NCBI GenBank assembly: GCA_963754315.1
Contig: CAVWFS010000008.1
Location: 128,001 to 192,000, forward strand
DNA: 64,000 nt
Reading direction: 5' to 3'
Source of the DNA: an uncultured Candidatus Rokubacteria bacterium
GTDB lineage: Bacteria; Methylomirabilota; Methylomirabilia; Rokubacteriales; CSP1-6
Within the stretch, counting starts at the first letter, position 1. The number at the start of each line of letters is the position of its first letter. The position numbers and the translations under genes are program-made. The notes under the pieces were generated by a model. It ran no database searches and was not told the DNA's origin. It saw only the letters and a list, made by a program, of their open reading frames with translations. This document shows positions 62,045-64,000 of this stretch, one piece after another.

Positions 62045-64000
62045 CGACCCGTATCCACGGCTACTGCGCCCTGTGCCGCTCGCGCTGCGGTTGTGTCTCG
62101 GTCGTCGAGGACGGGCGCCTCACCGCCGTCGAGCCCGATCCGGAGCACCCGACAGGCCGCGCGCTGTGCGCCAAGGGCCGAGCGGCGCCGCAGCTCGTCG
62201 AGCATCCCGAGCGCCTTCTCTATCCGCTCCGGCGGACCCGCCCGAAGGGCGACGCCGATCCGGGCTGGAACCGGATCTCCTGGGATGAAGCGCTCGAAGT
62301 GGTGGCCAGCGCGCTTCGGCGCCTGGCCGACACGTCCGGCCCGGAAAGCGTGGCCTTCTCGGTGACATCGCCGAGCGGCACCGCCATCTCCGACGCCGCA
62401 CCCTGGATCGATCGGCTCATGAACGCCTTCGGCACCCCCAACAACTGCTACGGGACCGAGATCTGTAACTGGCACAAGGACCATGCCGCGCGGTTCACGT
62501 TCGGCCACGGCGTGGCGGCGCCGGATTTCGACCACACGGGCTGCATTCTCTACTGGGGCCACAACCCGAGCACCTCGTGGCTCACCCACGCCACCGGTGC
62601 CGTGGCCGCCCGCGCGCGCGGCGCCCGCTTGATCGTCGTCGACCCGCGTCGGGCGGGGCTCGCCGCCAAGGCGGATCTCTGGCTCCGGGTGCGTCCTGGC
62701 ACCGACGGCGCCCTCGCCCTGGCTATCGCGGGGACAATGATCGAGGCCGGGTGGTTCGATCGCGACTTCGTGCGCGAGTTCTCCAACGGCCCGTTCCTGG
62801 TTCGGGCCGACACCGGACGGTTTCTCACGGAGGGAGATCTGCGGGGCGAGGGCCCGGCAGGTCGGTGGCTTGCCTGGGACGTCCAGGCCGAAAAGCCAGT
62901 AGCCCTTGACCGGGTGACGGGGCGATATCAGGCGTCGGTGCAGAACCTGGCTCTCTTCGGGCGCTACCGTATCCCAACCGCCGCTGGCGAGATCGACTGC
63001 AGTACGGCCTTCCAGCTCTATGCTGAACTGTGCCGACGCTATCCTCCGGACCAGGCGGAGCAGATCACATGGGTGCCGGCCGCTCAGATCCGCGAGGCGG
63101 CGCGGCTTCTCTGGGAGGCCCGGCCGGTGTCGTACTACGCGTGGACGGGCATTGGACAGTCGACAAACGCCACGCAGACGGATCGAGCGCTCTCTCTGCT
63201 CTATGCGCTCACAGGGAGCGTTGACGTTCGTGGCGGCAACGTGTCTTTTCCCAAGGTGCCGACACCGGACGTCACCGGTGCCGAACTGATACGAGCCGAG
63301 CAGCGCGCCAAGGCCCTTGGCCTCGCCGCTCGTCCGCTGGGCCCGCCGCGCTCAGGGTGGATCACGTCCGACGATCTCTACCGCGCCATTCTCGAGGGCA
63401 ACCCCTACCGTGTGCGCGGCCTCGTCGGGTTCGGCGCCAACCTGCTCGTCTCCCACGCCGACGTGCTGCGTGGGCGCGCCGCTCTCGCCGCGCTCGACTT
63501 CTTCGTCCACCTTGATCTCTTCATGACGCCGACGGCCGCCTTGGCCGACATCGTGCTGCCCGTCAGCAGCGCCTGGGAGCACGCAAACCTCAAGATCGGC
63601 TTCGAGGTCAGCGCCAAGGCCGAGTCGCTCGTGCAGCTTCGGTCCCGGGTGGTGGCTCCTCGAGGTGAAGCTCGATCCGACGCTGCCATTGTCTTTGCCC
63701 TGGCCAAGAAGCTGGGCCTGGGTGCTCACTTCTGGGATGGCGACCTCGAGGCAGCATGGACGTATCAGCTCGGCCCTTCCGGGCTCACGCTCGACGAGCT
63801 TCGAGAGTCACCACGCGGTCTCGAGGTACCGCTCGAGATTCGCCATCGCGCGGATGCGACGGATACGGATGGGGATAAGAGCGGCTTTCCCACGCCGAGC
63901 GGCAAAATCGAGATCTACTCGGAAGTCCTCCTGGAGCACGGCTACCAGCCCTTGCCCGAGTACGTGGAGCCGCTCGTGGGGCCGGTGGCCCGGCCCGACC
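62041..64000 (+). CDS. DMSO-reductase-family molybdopterin oxidoreductase (runs off the right edge; absent from the ORF track)
   Basis: Manual translation from GTG 62041: GYCALCRSRCG...LCAKG (4Fe-4S), RLLYPLRRT, ISWDEAL, TEICNWH, WGHNP, VDPR, VRPGTDGA, ADIVLP and GKIEIYSE. Motifs stay in one frame to the window end. Confidence 0.93.
   Translation, partial: MTTRIHGYCALCRSRCGCVSVVEDGRLTAVEPDPEHPTGRALCAKGRAAPQLVEHPERLLYPLRRTRPKGDADPGWNRISWDEALEVVASALRRLADTSGPESVAFSVTSPSGTAISDAAPWIDRLMNAFGTPNNCYGTEICNWHKDHAARFTFGHGVAAPDFDHTGCILYWGHNPSTSWLTHATGAVAARARGARLIVVDPRRAGLAAKADLWLRVRPGTDGALALAIAGTMIEAGWFDRDFVREFSNGPFLVRADTGRFLTEGDLRGEGPAGRWLAWDVQAEKPVALDRVTGRYQASVQNLALFGRYRIPTAAGEIDCSTAFQLYAELCRRYPPDQAEQITWVPAAQIREAARLLWEARPVSYYAWTGIGQSTNATQTDRALSLLYALTGSVDVRGGNVSFPKVPTPDVTGAELIRAEQRAKALGLAARPLGPPRSGWITSDDLYRAILEGNPYRVRGLVGFGANLLVSHADVLRGRAALAALDFFVHLDLFMTPTAALADIVLPVSSAWEHANLKIGFEVSAKAESLVQLRSRVVAPRGEARSDAAIVFALAKKLGLGAHFWDGDLEAAWTYQLGPSGLTLDELRESPRGLEVPLEIRHRADATDTDGDKSGFPTPSGKIEIYSEVLLEHGYQPLPEYVEPLVGPVARPD

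Overview
GC-rich bacterial window packed with catabolic and transport genes. The gene repertoire resembles Candidatus Rokubacteria/Methylomirabilota, but that taxonomy is inference. It contains: a glycine/sarcosine/betaine reductase B pair (grdE plus a grdB cut by the left edge); a xanthine-dehydrogenase-family M-S-L cluster with a MoaD-like carrier; two truncated haemoglobins; PutA; one Opp/Dpp-type, two Liv-type and one Fe(III)-type ABC system; a five-domain S1 protein; many oxidoreductases and hydrolases; and a molybdopterin oxidoreductase cut by the right edge. I saw no rRNA, tRNA, CRISPR array or transposase. At least five genes are split by single-base indels and the MoaD-like gene probably has a shifted stop; several lesions sit in G/C runs, which points to long-read error rather than biology. 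The most unusual structure is a dispersed non-coding element family of 85-87 nt. It forms locally homogenised tandem arrays at 637-960, 22613-22729 and 59760-60132, with probable relatives at 35993-36081 and 38972-38992. Each unit has two hairpins, one showing compensatory changes between loci. The arrays lie G-rich strand forward ahead of a downstream gene, and one is flanked by a 7-bp direct repeat that duplicates the livM/livG ATGA junction, as an insertion would.
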